From: Eledone cirrhosa
Lineage: Eukaryota
Direction of reading: 5' to 3'
Assembly: GCA_964016885.1 (NCBI GenBank)
Contig: OZ024740.1
Location: 437,038,001-437,102,000, forward strand
Length of the DNA stretch: 64,000 nucleotides
The position numbers and the translations under genes were made by a program. Positions 13,921 to 27,303 of the stretch are shown here, piece by piece; the stretch's first letter is position 1, and the number at the start of each line of letters is the position of its first letter. The notes beneath the pieces are model-generated. The model searched no databases. It was given only the letters and a program-made list of their open reading frames with translations, and had not been told where the DNA came from.

Positions 13921-14107
13921 AGGACAAAATGAAAACACACACACACATAGAACAAACAACCAACCAGTAACATGTAAATAAACAAATAAATAAATGAACA
14001 TAAACACACACAGACACTCGGATGTGGCGCATGCGCAGACTGAGCACACAACACACACACAGAAACAAAATGGCGTAGGACAGAACAAAGGAGAGGCACA
14101 GAAACAA

Positions 14108-14720
14108 AGTCCGTGAGAAAGTCCGAAAAATTTCTAGTTGATAAGAAAATTAGGATGTTGTAATTCAATCCGGAGTTTGTAGTTACGTAAGAGGTGTTTC
14201 GAGACGTGTGGACAACGTGTGGAGAATTCATTTCTCGTGTTTAGGCAATCGCTATTGGATAATCTCTTTAGAATATTTATTCGTTCATCAATACATAGTC
14301 CACACGACGGATTTCCCCTTGCGTATGGCTTGGATTTAACCGACACAAAGTAAAACTAGGATACTCCTGCGCTAAGAACATGAAGGCCCACATCACCAAC
14401 AGCCCTAAGAGCAGGGTGCTCTTGCCGTAAGCCCGAAGCTTGTCCCCTTCAACAGCAATGCAACACACCCGCTGTAGTTTATGAAGCTCCGGATAGAATT
14501 ACAACATCCTAATTTTCTTATCAACTAGAAATTTTTCGGACTTTCGCAGTTATCTCCCTTACACCTCTCGCACGCATTTTAGTATTGCCTGTGTGAAATG
14601 ATCGTTTCTGCGCATTCGCGTTCGTACGGTTGTCCTTCCTGTTCCGTATAACCATGTCCATTAGGATCCTCTAAGGTGAAACAATTGTTCTCGGTATGGT
14701 GAACTAACTGTTGTGTAACC
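14108..14720. mobile_element. Naiad-like PLE 3' end with inversion (family also at 38010-38370)
   Basis: Minus frame CGLCIDE..LNTRNE..RCPH; 14112-14175 is inverted at 14487-14545; HHR remnant GAAAcaattgTTctcgg. Confidence 0.7.
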
Positions 14721-14788
14721 GCTTCCACCTAACTCGTCCCATGGATTGAGTGCTCTACCACTACGGATATTACCTTCCAGTGTTCTAC

Positions 14789-14822
<34 letters not shown>

Positions 14823-16067
14823 AGTAAAATGACAGGAGGCCGGGCTGGTGAAATTCCTTCATAGATTTATTTAAGCAAACACTATGTACATTTCAGTGGA
14901 CAAGTTACGTAAGATCCTGGTGACATTATTAGGTGTATATTGCATAATAGTTGTATTTGTATATATATATATATATAATACCTGTGCGAAGACGCATGGC
15001 TTAGTAGTTAGAATGTTGGGCTGAATTTTGAGGTTGTCAGTTCTATTCTATATATATGATGGCCGCAACTCGATTTCGATTAATGTTATTGCTTGGTACA
15101 TAAGCACGAGCAGCACGACCGTAGCTTTGTAGTCCTGCCAGCGACTTGCACACTCTTGCACAGACGTCGGAACAATGGGGTCCTCTCACAGTAGGTGTTA
15201 CGATCCTGTTTTGCAGCACTTTCAAATGACCCCCCAGTCCACCAACTAAGGCACTCTCTTTTCAACACTCCTCACAAACAGAAGTTCCATACATTCCACA
15301 GTTGACAGTGTTTCTGTGTACGTGGCTTCTCCGATGACTTCCAATGAGCGCCCTACATAGACATAGCTGGCCACATTCTTTACAGGTTACATCAACCTTC
15401 ATGCCAACATACTTAGATAAACCAAACTCAAGGCTCTTATGAACTCACCGTTTCAGCTGTTCATGCTTAACACGGTTTCTTTCAAATTCTCCCCTCCCAC
15501 CATTTCCTTCCTCCGGGGAATTGTTACCTTCCTCGGTGTATTTTTAATGCAATTACTCTACCTCAATTATGGTTTGTGCGCCGGTCGGTCAACGGCCATC
15601 CAAATAGGTATGTTTTTATATAATGCATATATAATTTTTATTTATAAATACATTTTAATGAATATATATATATATATTACTACTACTACTATGACTATCT
15701 CTCTCTATATATAAGGTTCCATTTTAGACCAAGTCTTCACAACAAGAAGAATGAACAGGCCTCTTCAACACTTCATTTTAAGTTTAACATTTTTAATTCT
15801 TTTTAATTCTTTTTTATTGTAATATTCAACATTTGATAAGATGGTTTACACTGATACATCGAAACCCGTTATATTTTATATATTGTATACCTTATATATT
15901 TTATATACATTATGAAACTCTTTTTTCTAAAAAGAATTGTCCCTCTCATTTTTTCAATAATGTCACTTTGATGAATCAAAGAAGAAAAAAGAAAAACAGA
16001 TCCTTAAATATATTTCCCGCGCTATTTCCAATTCCACTTTTTCTATATATATATATATATATAGTGA

Positions 16068-16182
<115 letters not shown>

Positions 16183-16189
16183 GGAGAGA

Positions 16190-16269
<80 letters not shown>

Positions 16270-16297
16270 CATATACATATAAAGACACACACACACA

Positions 16298-16500
16298 CTT
16301 TGGAGGGTCATGCTGCCCCAAAAATACACGCACCTGTTTGTTTTCACTTCAATTTATTATAAATTTCCGGCTGGTTGGTTGGTTTGTAACACATTCTGTG
16401 ACCTCCTCAGTGACAAGCTTTTTATTTATTTATTTATTTATTTTGTGACTCTCCTCTGTTCTGTACTACACCATCTTGTTTATGTGTGTTGTGTCTTTAT
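16298..16500 (-). mobile_element. Degenerate solo pLTR of the family-C PLE
   Basis: ctttggagggtcatg...ttcacttcaatttattat...tgtgacctcctcagtgac resembles 8745-8930. Confidence 0.7.
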
Positions 16501-16670
16501 ATGTATATGTCTATATATGTCTCTCTCTCTCTATATATATATATGTCGGCTTTTTGCTTACATTAATTTCTCTATTTTCATTTATATATATATATGTCAC
16601 TATATATATATATATATATAAATGAAAATAGAGAAATTAATGTAAGCAAAAAGCCGACATATATATGTGG

Positions 16671-16724
<54 letters not shown>

Positions 16725-16727
<3 letters not shown>

Positions 16728-19707
16728 TAGTAGGGGTGTTAGTGGGATGAGTGAGTGTGGAGTGGGGAGAGAAGGGTGTGTGTGGTTCTAAGAAGGGAGT
16801 GTGGTGTACTGGTGTGTGTGTAGTTTGGTGAGGAGGTGTTAGTGGGTGTTAGTAGACGGGAGGTGGGGAGGGGTGGAATGCAGGTGTGAGTGGGGGTTAG
16901 TGGGGGTAGGGTGTGTAGAGTGGTGGTGTACGAGGGTGTGTGGGTACGTGTGCGTGGGGTTGGAGGGTGTTAGTGATGTTAGTTGCGTGTGGGGTGGGTG
17001 GTGTAAGTGTGTGCGTGTGATAAGGAGGGGGGAGGAGGAGAAGAGGGGAGGGAAGGGATGTTAGTATGTTAGTTGGGGAAGGGTGGTTAGATGAGGGGTG
17101 GAGTGGGGGTGTTAGTATTGTTAGTGTGGGGTGGGCGGTGAAAAGGAGGGGTGTGTTAGTGGTGTTAGTGGGGGATAAGTGGGGGAGGGGGGAGGGGGGC
17201 GGTCGAACGCTAAAGTAATAAGGGTGGGGAGTTCAGGCCGGGGGGGTGTGGGTCTGTAAGATGAAGATAGTACGTTGTTCGACCGTGAGGCGATGGGCGG
17301 GTGTTCCGTGGCACTGGAGTAGGCCACAGACTGTGAGATGGTGTGCGGAGTGTCCAGGGCCACCAAAGTGGCGGGCGATGGGGGAACTGCCCCCGAGACG
17401 AATGTCCCGGAGGTGCTCCGTGACTCGGTCCGCCAGGCGGCGTCCCGTCTGTCCGACATAAGTCGCGCTGCACCTCGTGCAACGAAGTCCGTAGACTAGG
17501 TTGGAGGAGGTGCAGCGGAAGGCATGCCGGACCGAGAGAGGGTGGCCGTTGGGACCCTGGAAGGTGGTGGTGTTGGTGATGTGGGGACAGGTGTTGCAGC
17601 GGGGCCTAGAACAGGGGAAGGAACCGGGGGGGGAAACGGAGCGTGGGTTGGGGGGTAGGGAGCTGTGGACGAGGAGGGTGCGGAGATTGCGTGCGCGTAT
17701 GGAGGGGAGTGGTGGGGTTGGGAAGATGTGGGAGGTGGAGGGGTCGGACTGGAGGTGTCGGAAGAGGCGGCGGATGGTGCGGTGGAGGGGTGGTAGGTGA
17801 TGGGGAAGGGGAGACGGTGGGTGGGTGTGCGGTGGCGTGGGGTGAGGGTGGTAGAGCGGGGGATAGCACGGGCGCGGGTGAGAGCGGTGTGGACGAGAGA
17901 GGGGGGGTAACCTCTGCGGATGAAATGGCTGACTAGGGAAAGGGCTTGGGACTCGAAGTCAGCATCTCGGCTACAGAGGCGGCGGATCCTGAGAAGTTGG
18001 GAGTAGGGAATGGAGAGTTTAGTGTGGGTGGGGTGGGAAGAGGTGAAGTCGAGGTAAGAGTGGGAGTCGGTGGGTTTGAAGAAGGCGGAGGTGACGAGGG
18101 AGTGGTGGGAGGGGTCGAAGGCGACGGAGATGTCCAAGAAGTGGACGTGGGTGGTGGAGATAGAGGTGGTGAAGTGGAGGGAGGGGTGGAAGGAGCAGAA
18201 GAAGGAGAGAAAGGAGTCGAGCTGTACTCGGGTGAGGGTCGTGGCTCCGATACAGTCGTCAATGTAACGACCGTACAGTTCGGGCGTGGGGCCGGTGTAC
18301 TGGGCAAAGATTTGGGCCTCAACATGGCCAACAAAAAGGTTGGCATAGTTCGGGCCCATTCTTGTGCCCATGGCTACCCCCGTGACCTGTTGGTAAAACT
18401 CACCCGAGAAGGAGAAACAATTTAGGGTGAGGACCAGCTCGGCGAGGCGAAGGAGGGTGGGGGTGGAGGGAATGGGGGAGGGGCGAAGGTCGAGGTAGTG
18501 TTTGAGGGCGCGAAGGCCGTCGGCGTGGGGGATGACGGTATAGAGGGACTTGATGTCTAGGGTGAAGAGGAATGGCTGAGGGCCGGGTAGGTAGGTGAAG
18601 GAGTCGAAAAGGCGCAGGGCGTGGTTGGTGTCAGAGATGAGGGAGGGGAGGGTGGTGACAAGGGGGGCGAGGAGGGAGTCGAGAAAGGCGGAGATGAGTT
18701 CGGTGGGGCAGTTGCAAGCGGAGACGATGGGACGGCCGGGGTTGTCGGGTTTGTGGAGTTTGGGGAGGAAGTAGATGGTGGGGGTGCGGGGGGTGCGGAC
18801 GATGAGGTGGGAAGCGGTGGGGGGGAGGAGGGAGGAGGCGATAAGGTCTTTGATGGTGGAGGAGACTTGTTGTTGGTAGAGGGGGGTGGGATCGGAGGGT
18901 AGAGGGCGGTAAAAGAGGGGGTTACAGAGCTGCCTGAGGGCTTCGGCCTTGTAGAGGTCCGCGCGCCATACCACCACGGCGCCTCCCTTGTCCGCCGGTT
19001 TGATGACGATGTCATCTCGGCTACGGAGGGAGCGGAGAGCGAGGAGTTCGCCCCGTGAGATGTTGTGCCGTTTGGAACGGTGGCGGAAGTCGAAACGATT
19101 TACTGCGCTACGGCTGGCATCGACGAAGGCGTCCAGGGTGCTAAATTGCCCTGGGGCCGGCGTCCAAGAAGATGGTCGTCGGCCCAGGGCGAGAAACGGG
19201 TCTGGGGCGTCCGGAGCCGGTGGCGTTTGACCGAAATGTGCCTGTAGCTTAGTGCGTCGCACGAATCGCTCGACTTCCGTTCGGGTGCGGAACTCGTCGC
19301 TGAGCGGAGTGTGGGGTATGAAGCGAAGGCCTCTACTAAGGAGTGAGCGCTCAGGTGCGGTGAGGGGGAGGTCAGGGGGTATGGTGACCACAAGGGGTGG
19401 GGTTTGGGTGTTAGGGGAGGGAAGGGAGGGCGTGGTGAGTGGTGGAGATTGGGTGGGGGTGGCGGTCGGGGGAGAGGTGGGGAGTGGTGGGCGTATGGGG
19501 ATGGGCGGGTGGTGGTGGATGGGGGGGGGGGGGGGAGTGAGTGTAGCTTGCGGGCTTTGGTGGAGCTGAGGAACGAGAAGAGGTTGTGGTTGAGGTTGTG
19601 GATGAAGGAGAGGATGGCTTGGGCGAGGAGGGGGTGGCAGGTGGAGTAAAGGCGGAGGAGGGTGGGGGTCAGTTGGTGGTCAAGTAGGCGGAGGGTGGAA
19701 CGGGAGA
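16725..19707 (-). mobile_element. GC-rich Neptune-like PLE, 5'-truncated and frameshifted
   Basis: ORF 17496-19391 has KPADKGG, YFLPKLHK, PGRPIV, DIKSLYT, GVAMGT, RYIDD; another frame gives the Cys linker and YVGQTGR GIY-YIG. Confidence 0.92.
17496..19391 (-). CDS. PLE reverse transcriptase (631-aa frame; endonuclease continues out of frame to ~17210)
   Basis: Complete set of PLE RT motifs. Confidence 0.85.
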   Translation of the reverse strand: MVTIPPDLPLTAPERSLLSRGLRFIPHTPLSDEFRTRTEVERFVRRTKLQAHFGQTPPAPDAPDPFLALGRRPSSWTPAPGQFSTLDAFVDASRSAVNRFDFRHRSKRHNISRGELLALRSLRSRDDIVIKPADKGGAVVVWRADLYKAEALRQLCNPLFYRPLPSDPTPLYQQQVSSTIKDLIASSLLPPTASHLIVRTPRTPTIYFLPKLHKPDNPGRPIVSACNCPTELISAFLDSLLAPLVTTLPSLISDTNHALRLFDSFTYLPGPQPFLFTLDIKSLYTVIPHADGLRALKHYLDLRPSPIPSTPTLLRLAELVLTLNCFSFSGEFYQQVTGVAMGTRMGPNYANLFVGHVEAQIFAQYTGPTPELYGRYIDDCIGATTLTRVQLDSFLSFFCSFHPSLHFTTSISTTHVHFLDISVAFDPSHHSLVTSAFFKPTDSHSYLDFTSSHPTHTKLSIPYSQLLRIRRLCSRDADFESQALSLVSHFIRRGYPPSLVHTALTRARAIPRSTTLTPRHRTPTHRLPFPITYHPSTAPSAASSDTSSPTPPPPTSSQPHHSPPYAHAISAPSSSTAPYPPTHAPFPPPVPSPVLGPAATPVPTSPTPPPSRVPTATLSRSGMPSAAPPPT

Positions 19708-20539
19708 CATATATATGTATATATACATGTGTGTGTGTGTGTGTGCATACACACACACGCGCGCGCGCCTGACGTAATAGTGATGCTGTAAATATACATG
19801 TGTAGAAATATGTGACATTATGAATTATGCATATAATTGTGTGTATATGTGTGTATATATTTACATTGGTATATATATTGAGTGTATGTGTGTGTTTTTA
19901 TAAATGTATATATTGATGTATATGTTTATTTATATGTTTTTATACGTGTATGTGTGTATGTGTGCGTATGTGAGTGTGTATGTGTATGCGTATATGTGTG
20001 TATGTGTGTATATGTGTGTATGTGTGTATGTATGTGTGTATATGTGTGTTTGCGTGTATGTGTGTATGTGTGTATGTATGTGTGTATATATGTGTATGTG
20101 TGTATGTGTGTATGTGTGTATGTGTGTATGTATGTGCATGTGTGATGATAAAAAGAGCGAAGGAAAAGAAAGTGAGATATGACAACAGATAAAATAATAA
20201 CAAAACTATTTCAATGTTGTTGTTGTTGTTGTGATGACATAAAACAATGGAGAGGGGAGAGAAAATGGAGAGAAGATAGGAAACAAAGGCCTGAGAGAGG
20301 AAGGGAGGGTGAGGGGTGGGTAGAGGCAGAGAGAGCGAGGGGGAGAGAGAGAAGAAAGGAGGGGAAGAATCTGGGCAGGAAGCAATGAAAAACTACTGAC
20401 CACTGGGAGCAGTGGTCAGAATTATGATGACGTCACTAACCAGTGACCAACCCAAGGACGCATAAACAGGATGAAAGTGGACGATATAGACCAGTAGGGT
20501 CAGAACAACAGAAAGAGGATCTGCTCCGAAATCAATAGA

Positions 20540-20627
20540 CGTGTCTGAGGAACCTGCGAATCCAGAGTCAGGTCGATCTACACAGATCGCACCTCGAGCT
20601 GTTCGCCGGGGAAACAATTGTAATACG
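20540..20627 (+). ncRNA. Type I hammerhead (family D) with long stem II
   Basis: cgtgt CTGAGGA acctgcgaat...gttcgccggg GAAA caattg TA atacg; nested hairpin cgatct-acac-agatcg; palindromic stem III. Confidence 0.8.
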
Positions 20628-20832
20628 CAATAAATTGAGTTCTGATGCATCACTGATTTTCCGTTATCCATTCTATATATATATATATATACATAAGTCC
20701 AGAAATAGCCGTCGAAACGGCTTGAGCTCTGCCGTCGAGGTCATACTTTTTCCTATTTCCCACTCTACTACCCTAAGTATTGAGTACTCTGGTGCGTTAT
20801 GGACCATCTGGTCCCTTACCACAATTCCTTTG

Positions 20833-20891
<59 letters not shown>

Positions 20892-20896
<5 letters not shown>

Positions 20897-22687
20897 CAAA
20901 TTTATAGGGGAACAAAACAGAGAGGCAGACAAATAAAGGTTTATTAGGTTCACGCTTTTGAGAGTGGGGAGGGGGGACGTTTCGGGCATAAGCCCTTCTT
21001 CAGGAGTAAATAGATTAGGAAGAGAGTTCAGAGGGTGTGTGGAAATACATTTAGAAAAAAGGGGGAAGAAGAACAAATAAAAATAAAAATAAACGTAAAA
21101 ATAAACATAAGAATAAACAATAAGATGGACAAGTGGTGGAAGGGTGTGAGGCGTGTAAGAGTGGTTGCGGGTGAGTTGGGAGAGGGAGGCGGGGGGTCGA
21201 AGCGAGGAAGGCTGAAGGTGGTGTTTGTGTATGTGTGTAGGTGTACGTGAGTGTGTGTGCGTGTGTATGTGAGAGTTTGAGGAAGAACGAGGTTCCATGT
21301 TCATGAAAAGGTGTGTGCGTGGGGTGGGGTGTAAGTCGGTGTGTGCGTGCGTGTGGAAGGAGAGGGGTCAAGGGTGGGGGAGGTGGCGTGTGGATTCCGG
21401 AGGTTGTGTATATGTGGGGGTACGCACGTATGTGTTTGTGTTTATATGTGGTGTGGATGTGGGTGGCGTGGTACGAAAAAAAATGTGTGAGTGTATGTTC
21501 GGGGTTAAGGTCCTGAGGTAGTTCCGTCAGATGTGTGGAGGGGTGCTGGATATTTTTCAAGTTATGGAGTGGATGGTTGGAGAGATGACCGAAGGTGTAG
21601 AATCCAAAGTTGGTGGTGGTAGGAAGTGGAGGGAAGTGGGGTGCTCACGCAACAGGAAGTGGTCAGAGGGTCAAGACAGGGTGTAGAGATAGCAGTAGAG
21701 CGGGATGACAGATGGAGGGAGGTGGGGACTGTGTGTGTGTCTGTGTGTGCGGAGGTGCGGTGGACAGGGGAGAGGATGGGTAGGTGTGAAGGGTGGAGGG
21801 GGAAGGTGGTGAAGTGGGGTGATGGGGTGTATATTAGTAGAGGTGTTAGTGAGATGTGTGTGCGTGAAGAGGTGTGGGTGGATCGGGGAGAGGGAGAGAG
21901 AGAGGGAGAGAAGAGGTGTTGGGGCTGGAGGAGGGAGTGTAGTATACTGGTGTGTGTGTGCGTGTTTGGATGAGTGTGTGTGGTAAAGGGGGTGTTAGTG
22001 GGTGTTAGTATTACATGTGATGGGGAAAGGGTGGAAAGCGGGTGTGTAAGTGGGGGTTAGTGGTGGTTGGGTGTGTAGAGTGGGTGGTGTACATAGGTAT
22101 AGGTGTGTGTGTTCGTGTGATGGTGTGTGTTCGTGTCCGTGGGGTCGAGGGAGGTTAGTGATGTTAGTTGTGGGGTGGTCGGAGTGGATGTGTGGGTGAG
22201 GGTTAGTGGTGGTAGTAGGGTGTGTGGATAGTGTGAGTGCGTGTATATATGTTCAGGTGGGTGTGTGCGTGTTAGGGGGGGGGGGGTTAGTATAGTTAGT
22301 TGGGGGAGGGCCGAGGGGTGGGTGGGGGTGTTAGCATGTTAGTTGTGGGATGGGCCACGGGGGGGTGAAAGGGGAAGTGTGTTAGATGTGTTAGTGGGAA
22401 AAGGGTGGGGGATGGGGGCGGTCGGGGGGCGGTCGAAGGCTAAAGGAATAGGGGTGGGGAGTTCATGTCGAGGGGTGTGTGGGTCTGGAGGGTGAAGATG
22501 GTGCGTTGTTCGACCGTGAGGCGGGTGGCGGGTGTTCCATGGCATTGGAGAAGGCCACAGACTGAGGTGGTGGGCGGAATGTCCAGGGAGCGAAATAGGC
22601 GGGCGATCGGGGAACTCCAGCCGAGGCGAATATCCCGGAGGTGTTCCGTGAAACGGTCTGCCAGGCGACGTCCAGTCTGCCCGACGT
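20892..22687 (-). mobile_element. 5'-truncated Neptune-like PLE (GIY-YIG C-terminus + 3' region)
   Basis: YVGQTGRRLADRFTEH at 22440-22687; HHR-like CTGAAGAagggc-ttat-gcccGAAAcgTC at ~20975-21007; (TA)n on both sides. Confidence 0.85.
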
Positions 22688-22749
<62 letters not shown>

Positions 22750-23490
22750 GTTAGAACACGAAAAGTGTGAAACAACAGAATGTTCACTTTTCGTGTTCTA
22801 ACATATATGCGTAGCTTCTTAAAAAATTTTTCGGGGATAGCCGTGGTGGTGGTGATCGTATGTCATTGGCTAATTTTCAACCAATCAGAGTACTTCTCTC
22901 TATATCTCTTCCACTGTTACTTACGCCTGTTTCTCTCTATCTGTTCTGTCTCTATTTATATCTCTTACTCTTTCGCTTTGCACTCCTCCCCTTCAATACC
23001 ATCTCTCCCCCTCTCTATATATTTGTTACTCTATCGCTGCACGCTCCTCTCCTTCAATATATCAATTACACACGCTTTACACTCCTTTATCCCCAGCGCC
23101 CCTATATATACACCCCCCCTCTCCCGCATCTATATTTTAATGTACCGTTACACCGTGAATATATGTGTCTATATATATATACATATATATTGTATATACA
23201 CATTCATGTATGTGTATACACACTCATGTATGTATATACACTGGTTTTATGTGTGTATTGTAAATTTGTACTGTTAAAACACGAAACTAACATTCGATTG
23301 ACACTTTGATTACCTGTACAGGCAATAGTTATTAGAATGCTGTTGAAGTGTGTATATATTTTTGGGGGACATCCTGTATATACACACATTATATATAATA
23401 CAATAAACAGATAAATACACACATATATATATGAGCTTATTTAATTATAAATATTGTGAATTTTTAACTCAGTTCAATTATATATATAAA

Positions 23491-23536
23491 TGGCTTCTAC
23501 AGGACTAGAACTGTTTCATTCGAAAGAAATCATCAT
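23491..23536 (-). ncRNA. Truncated family-B hammerhead remnant
   Basis: ggcttctacaggactagaactgtttcattcgaaagaaatcatca; C3 and stem I are lost. Confidence 0.55.
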
Positions 23537-24174
23537 AATATTGAGAGGGGGGACTAGATAAAATATTTCAAATCAAATGTGTATAAGTTATAAGTTAAAA
23601 TGTATAAATAGAGACGATAGTGGAGGTATATCTGTTTAGTGGAACAGTAGACGATAGAATTAAATACAGACGATAATCTCCCTTTAATGAAACAGCAGAC
23701 GATAGAATTAAGGCAATTTAAATTTTAAGCATTTGCATTTTTGCCTTTCATCGTTACGGGGTCGATAAAATAAAGTACCAGTAATACACTGTCACTAGAC
23801 GACTTTCAAATTGAATTGTTGGTTCCATTTCTTTAGTATTTTCAATTGTAGTTATCTACTTAAAAAGCGTTACACGGTTAGAGACATAATTCGTAAGTTA
23901 TATCTTCCCTATTAAACCATTGCATTATTTCGCCTACAATAGAACAAAAATGAAATGTTCTTTAAAGAAGCAGGAATATAACTTTATAAAAAAAAAAGTT
24001 GCATCCGCTTCTTTTATCATTGATAATTTTTTCGTTTTAATATTAATTGTTTTTTGTAGTTGTTTATATTAAAAATCTTACTGTAATATTTACTTAAACG
24101 AAGGCAAACATCTAAACTTATAGATTAATCTTGAGCGAAGGACTAGATAAATCTCTCTCTCTCTCTCTCTCTCC

Positions 24175-24218
<44 letters not shown>

Positions 24219-24609
24219 GAAGAATGATAAAATTTCAAGCAAAGAGTTTAATTAGGTATATTTTGTAATATTATTAACTAATTATTATAATTAACGCGCA
24301 TATTTTGCTATCCTCAAACACGTTTACACATGGCATGAAATATAACTAATCCGAGATGGCTAGGTTTCATCTTCTAACTGGATATACGAAATCCATTATG
24401 TCTTGACAACAACATGAGGTAACATTATGTTATTCACAGACACACTTTGTACACTGTTCCATATCAGAATGTATTTCCTTCGTCACATTCACAAACAGTA
24501 TTGAAAATATGTTCTTCGGCAAATAAAAATGTTTTGTTCATAATATTTCAACTAGCGATTGCTCTACTCCACGCACGACCACCATAAATTAATGACCAGC
24601 TCAACACAA

Positions 24610-24780
24610 GTATTGGTAGAACGTCAGACACCATGCTTTGCAGTATTGTTATGGTCCTTTGCATTCTAAGTTCAAATCCTGCCGAGGTTAACTTCGACTT
24701 TCATACTTACTAATTCGATAAAATAAAGTACCAGTAATGGACTGCCGTAATGGATTTGTGCCGAAAAATAGAAACACTAT
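24610..24780 (+). mobile_element. tRNA-derived SINE (OR-type-like), diverged
   Basis: gttcaaatcctgccgaggttaacttcgactttcat...gataaaataaagtaccagta. Confidence 0.65.
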
Positions 24781-25332
24781 TAATGTGCAATAAGAGCAAA
24801 ATATAACGACATTGCTCAATTATTTTATCTAATGTTGTAATAACACAAGGAAATGTTGTTTGTGTATTTTTTTTTATATTTGCTCATAGGCTTTTACAAT
24901 TTCGCTCAGCCAACAACTATTAAAAAGTGAGTTGCTTAAGATAACAATTTAATCACAAATTGTTGCTATCTTTTAATACACTCCAACAAGTCATCAAATT
25001 ATGTACAATAAAAACAAATCTTATTAATTTGCTCAGGGAATATAAAGAAAATGTATATACACTGATAATTGCAATTGTATGTAAATATTTTGTTTTTGTA
25101 TTGTATATTTTATGTTTTCTATTATGTATAATATATTGATTTAATATTGATTGTTTTTTGTAGTTGTTTATATTAAAAGTCTGAAAATATTTTTATACAT
25201 CTTACACTAATATTTATAAGATAATTTATAATAACAATTACATAATCTAATTACATTACAACGATAATTTATTATTAATATATATCCTGTTTAACTAGAG
25301 TTATTACAAGCGTTGCCTTAAAAAAATATTAA

Positions 25333-26289
25333 ACTAGACATGAAAAATGCGCAAGCTCAAAAGTGCCACAGAATGTTATAATAAACCTTCAAAAGTGTGG
25401 GACTAGAGTTGTTGCTAAAAAATATTGTAATCATTATATATCGTACATTCTGTGGCATCCTTTATAAAAATAGCTTAAACCAACGAAGCCTTTATTTTTA
25501 CGCTATTTCACTTAGTTAATTCTTAGAGTGTAACATATAAAAATAAATACATCTATGTTTAATGTAATAACAGCTATAAATAATTACGTAATATTATTAT
25601 CATATACTCATAGTAACAAAATAATTGTGTTGAAACTTAATATGATGCTTATATGAACGATCAAATCTATAATGATAATTTCTAAAATATACTAATAGTA
25701 AAATAATTTAGTTATCTATTGTTACATTTTCATAGAACTATAATATTAACAATCGTATTGCATTATCAAATTTTTATCACTACAAACTTTCATATTGGAA
25801 TTACCTTAAGCCACTTATTATTACTTCGCTTTCGTACTTTTACAGCTGTAGATATTGCGCTGTATCTTATATCTAATATCAATATCTCGTGGTAATTTGC
25901 ATGAAGTTTAAAATAGGTTTATTAATAACTTTAATATGAAATGTATTATACAGGGCTGCGGAGTCGGCCAAAAATTGACTGGCTCCAACTCAGGATCCGA
26001 TACTCCATTATTTCCTAAATTTCAGCTCCGCAGCTCTGTTATTATATTAATTAATTTATTTTATAGTTGTAAATGATATTTTTATATGTTACACTCTAAG
26101 AATTAACTAAGTGAAATAGCGTAAAAATAAAGGCTTCGTTGGTTTAAGCTATTTTTATAAAGGATGCCACAGAATGTACGATATATAATGATTACAATAT
26201 TTTTTAGCAACAACTCTAGTCCCACACTTTTGAAGGTTTATTATAACATTCTGTGGCACTTTTGAGCTTGCGCATTTTTCATGTCTAGT
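25333..26289. repeat. ~205-bp near-perfect inverted repeat pair (25333-25540 / 26077-26289)
   Basis: actagacatgaaaaatgcgcaag... reappears as the reverse complement ending ...ttttcatgtctagt. Confidence 0.9.
25951..26038. mobile_element. 88-bp hAT-type MITE
   Basis: TIRs cagggctgcggag / ctccgcagctctg; 8-bp TSD gtattata / ttattata. Confidence 0.75.
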
Positions 26290-26294
26290 ATATA

Positions 26295-26526
26295 TATAGC
26301 TAGGCTCATTAAAAACCTTAAATTAAGCAACGTTCAACACTCACTAAAATGGGATATCGTGGCTAGGGCCCAACCGTTCAATGGACGAAGAAAATCTTGT
26401 GATCTCTGTATTACAGAAGCATATTACATAACTCTATCACCGATTAACGATAGAACGGAGGTAACTATTAGCTGTCAACCTCGAAGGGCTAATTCCTTCG
26501 CCAATAGAATATTTGACCCAACTTAG
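26295..26526 (+). pseudogene. Naiad-like GIY-YIG C-terminal fragment
   Basis: LKWDIVARAQPFNG..CDLCITE. Confidence 0.7.
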
Positions 26527-27221
26527 TCATCTAGCCCCATTTTTACTTGTAGCTAATAAGTTAAATAGCTATGACTAACTTAGATAATTATAAGTTACCT
26601 CCCCTACATTGTCTCTCAATTAAAAAATTTAAAAATTAGCACTTAACTATAAACTACCCACAATTTCTAATCTCTCGAGGAGTTACTTCCCCTGAAACCA
26701 TCCTCTAATTAGTAAGGTAAACATGTCCTTTGGCAGCCATCTTGTTACCCATAGGCAGATCTCACACAACGCAGCCTCGACAGGTGAATACTGCTTGATT
26801 ATGGCTGACAACTGATACAACCAAGACACCATAGTGAAAAACCAATATATGGAACATTATATTATGTAACATTCTCTCATTATTTTAATTTATATTCATT
26901 TGAAGTTCCGATGAACCGCACTGTTTTTTAAATATGTTAATTATGTTCAACTGAACCAGATCAATTATGATATATAGTCATCTGATCCAGAAATATCATA
27001 TGGAGTAGCGAAACAATTGTAAACGGACATTATTATTATTAATATTATTATTATTCTCTACATTCCTTACATGTTGACAATCTTTTAATAATGTCTTCCT
27101 TGTGAAATTTGTGGTCTTGTTTTGCTTAACTAATGAATATATATATATATATATATATGAAAGACGTAAAATAAGAAAATTAAAAAAAAAATTAACAATT
27201 AACTTACTTACTAAAATTTTC

Positions 27222-27303
27222 ACTCCAACTAATTAGTTTCTGCAAAGGGATAAAGATAGTTACGTAATGTAACCATTGAGAATTCATTACGTCATCAGGG
27301 AGT
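27222..27303 (-). ncRNA. Family-A hammerhead, copy 1 (stem II mutated)
   Basis: actcc CTGATGA cgtaatg...cctttgca GAAA ctaattag TT ggagt. Confidence 0.7.

Larger units (their letters stand above)
8735..14107 (-). mobile_element. Near full-length PLE: pLTR-ORF-pLTR plus inverted 5' segment
   Basis: Direct repeats 8735-9040 and 12810-13120 flank the ORF; 13120-14107 is an inverted copy of the 3' end; left end abuts (TA)n. Confidence 0.93.
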
